DNA from: Malacoraja senta | Lineage: Eukaryota | DNA: 64,000 nucleotides | Assembly (NCBI GenBank): GCA_038087875.1 | Contig: CM075996.1 | Span: 1,304,001 to 1,368,000, forward strand | Direction of reading: 5' to 3' | Part shown: piece by piece, positions 61,453 to 64,000 of the stretch | Layout of the letters: each line of letters opens with the position of its first letter | Numbering within the stretch: position 1 is the first letter of the stretch | Position numbers and translations under genes: made by a program | The notes under the pieces: generated by a model | What the model was told of the DNA's origin: nothing | Database searches by the model: none | Seen by the model: only the letters and a program-made list of their open reading frames with translations

Positions 61453-64000
61453 GTGTGTGCCACCAAATGCGGATCATCAGAAGGGTAGAGAGAGAGAGAG
61501 AGCGAGATTGTTTTTAAGTTTCAGTTTTCTCCTCCAGGGTGATAAGGTGTCAGCAGTGGCTGGATGGTGAGTCAATCACTTCTGATGCGGCAACAAAGTC
61601 CCACTCCAGAGACAGTATCCAGGTGATTGATTCTCCCGTGCCAAGAAGCTGTTGTGATTATGGATTCCTTGCTTGGACTGGGCCTTCTCAAGTGGGCATG
61701 GGCGATCCGAAGGCCCTGTTTTGAAGTTGCTATGTTCTCCCCAGTATTCAGCCTGTGCCAGCTGCTGTTCCATGATTGTGATGATATATTTCTGCATCAC
61801 AATAATGACCATGCTGGTAAAGGACTTGATGAAGTGGACACTGGGGAAGATTGATTGATGGAAAGATACACCATGGAAACAGGCCCTTCGGCCCACCGAA
61901 TCCACGCCGACCACCACACTAGTTCTGTGTTATCCCACTTTCTCATCCACTGCCCATACACTAGAGGCAATTTACAGAGGGCCAATTAACCTACAAACCC
62001 GCACGTCTTGGGGATTTGGGAGGAAACCCATGCAGCCACAGGGAGAACGTACAAACTCCACAAAGACAGCACCCACGGTCAGGAACAAAGTTGATTGCCA
62101 GGGATTACAATATCAATTAAGAGTTCAGACGTTTTGGATGAAGATGAGTAATTTGTGCATTTGGAGATGATTATACCTGTATTCCTACCCAAGAGGATTG
62201 TGGATACTGATTTGTTGAGGAAATATGATTTGAAGGGCATTAAGGAATATGAGGTAGTTTGGAATAAGGTGGGTGGTTGAAATGACATTAAATTATTCTT
62301 TATGTAACAAGATTATATGATCTGGTCTGTATCGCTGCTGTTTGTGTGGGCAAACTGTGCAAATTGGCTACAGTTTGCTCCAACACTACCTACACTTTGA
62401 AACCATCAAAGTGCTCCGTGGCCTAGAAAAGTGGGTTATAAATGCAAGCTTTTGTTCTTGGAAGGTTAAATTTGATTATTTCTCACAACCACTCCCATAC
62501 GCACCACTCCTTTGCAATTAGTCCGCTGAGCTTATCAGAGGGAGAAAAATGTGCATTCATTTGAAGTATCACGCAGTGGGTAAAGCCGCTGCCTCTCAGC
62601 ACTAGGGTGGGAGATTGCAACCTTCACGTGGTCCAACCTGTTACAACGAATGCAATCAACCTGGCGTGCACAATTAAGTAAGATCAAATAGAACAAGTTG
62701 TCCTACAACTTTAGGCTGTGCACGCCATACGCAAGAAGAAGAAGAAGGACTAGAGAGCCTGGTTCAATCCTGACCTCGGGTGCTGGCTGTGTGGAGTTTG
62801 CAAGATCTCCTGGTGATCACGTGGGTTCCCGCAGGGTGCTCCGGTTCCCTCCCATATCCCAAAGGCGTGAGGGCCCTCAGTGAGTTGTCCCCGGTGCCTA
62901 CATGAGTGGCGGAATCTGGGGCAGAGAGAGCGTAGGATTGGTGTAAATGGGTGGTGATGGTCCGTATGGACTCGGTGGGCCGAGGGGTCTGTTTCCGTGC
63001 TGTAACTATATTTGGGGAAACATCCAAATCTCGGTCACAATTGAAATCTTCATATGAGAGGCAAAAGCAAAATGTAGAACATTCTGGAAATGTGAAAGAA
63101 AATAAATATCAGTCCAAATAGATTGATGCTTCAACTTGACTATCTTCTCACAACTTCTGTCTGAAGAAGGGTTTCGCCCCGAAACGTTGCCTATTTCCTT
63201 CGCTCCATAGATGCTGCCGTACCCGCTGAGTTTCTCCAGCAATTTTGTCTACCTTCGATTTTCCAGCATCTGCAGTTCGTTCTTGAACATTCTCACAACT
63301 TCTCTTGTCACAGACCAGAGTCTTTTCATTTTTTTTGTTTTGCTTTCACACGATAACAGAAAGTTGGAATCTATCCCAGCCTTGGGTTTTCCACCATTTT
63401 CTCCTGCTGATCTTCTGTTCATTGTTCAGTTGCGTGCCCCCAATTAATCTATTAAAATATGAGAAGTTTTGCATGTTAACGGCGGTTGTTAAAACCACAG
63501 TGATCTCAACATGCATTAGTGTTTACTTGTACCAATGACATTCCTGGTCTCAGAACCCGACCAAAAAAAGAAGCCTTTGTCTCTAAACCCACATGATGCA
63601 GACTGCTCATTTTGGGAAGTGCTTTTGTCTTTTATGACATTGAACAACTGGTTAAAAAAGGCGTATTTCTATTTTCATTCCATAAATATATTGGTGTCTG
63701 CAGCATCTAAATGACCTGGCCATACCATTCCCTATAATCGAAAACTGCAATGCTTGGAGCACTCTGTTTTTTACACCAGTAAGCCCTCACATCTTTCATC
63801 TCATTTTTCTTCTCCAGTCTTCCCTGCTCTTTATGTCCCTCTCTCCTGCAGGAAAAACAACTGTTACTACGTCTGAAACTCTAGCTTCTAACCCCCCCCT
63901 TTATCCTCTTTGACACAATTCTCTTTATAATGTGATTTTCTCTAACATGGGGTTTCTGGGGGGGGGGGGGGCACAACTATCACAGATTGGAAAATATCAT

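Noticed and set aside
63852..63885. Strong acceptor as a candidate next POLD1 exon
   Set aside because: Reads EKQLLLRLKL* and does not match the expected CQLE.D-type POLD1 sequence.

Overview
Eukaryotic, intron-rich vertebrate DNA. The repeat content (V-SINE/HE1-like SINEs, CR1/HER1-like LINEs, Penelope-derived palindromes) suggests a cartilaginous fish, probably a skate or ray; this is an inference. Four genes were reconstructed exon by exon with consistent splice phases: (1) the 3' 14 coding exons of MED25 (+, 3-16354); (2) the 3' end of a PACSIN/syndapin-family gene (-, linker plus SH3, 23940-32848) that runs into a 200-N assembly gap; (3) the last 4 ligand-binding-domain exons of LXR-beta/NR1H2 (+, 33553-36959); (4) the promoter and first 6 coding exons of POLD1 (+, about 44500-61452, continuing beyond the window). 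MED25, NR1H2 and POLD1 lie together on human 19q13, which has no PACSIN gene, whereas PACSIN3 sits near NR1H3 on the paralogous 11p11 segment. The PACSIN here is therefore a candidate fourth PACSIN ohnolog lost in mammals. Other highlights: (a) the dominant dispersed repeat is traceable to the 3' end of a Penelope-like element and carries minimal hammerhead-ribozyme motifs; (b) the POLD1 promoter is a tandem array of nine ~52-bp modules combining CCAAT boxes with X-box-like and E2F-like sequences. Most listed ORFs are repeat or microsatellite artefacts.
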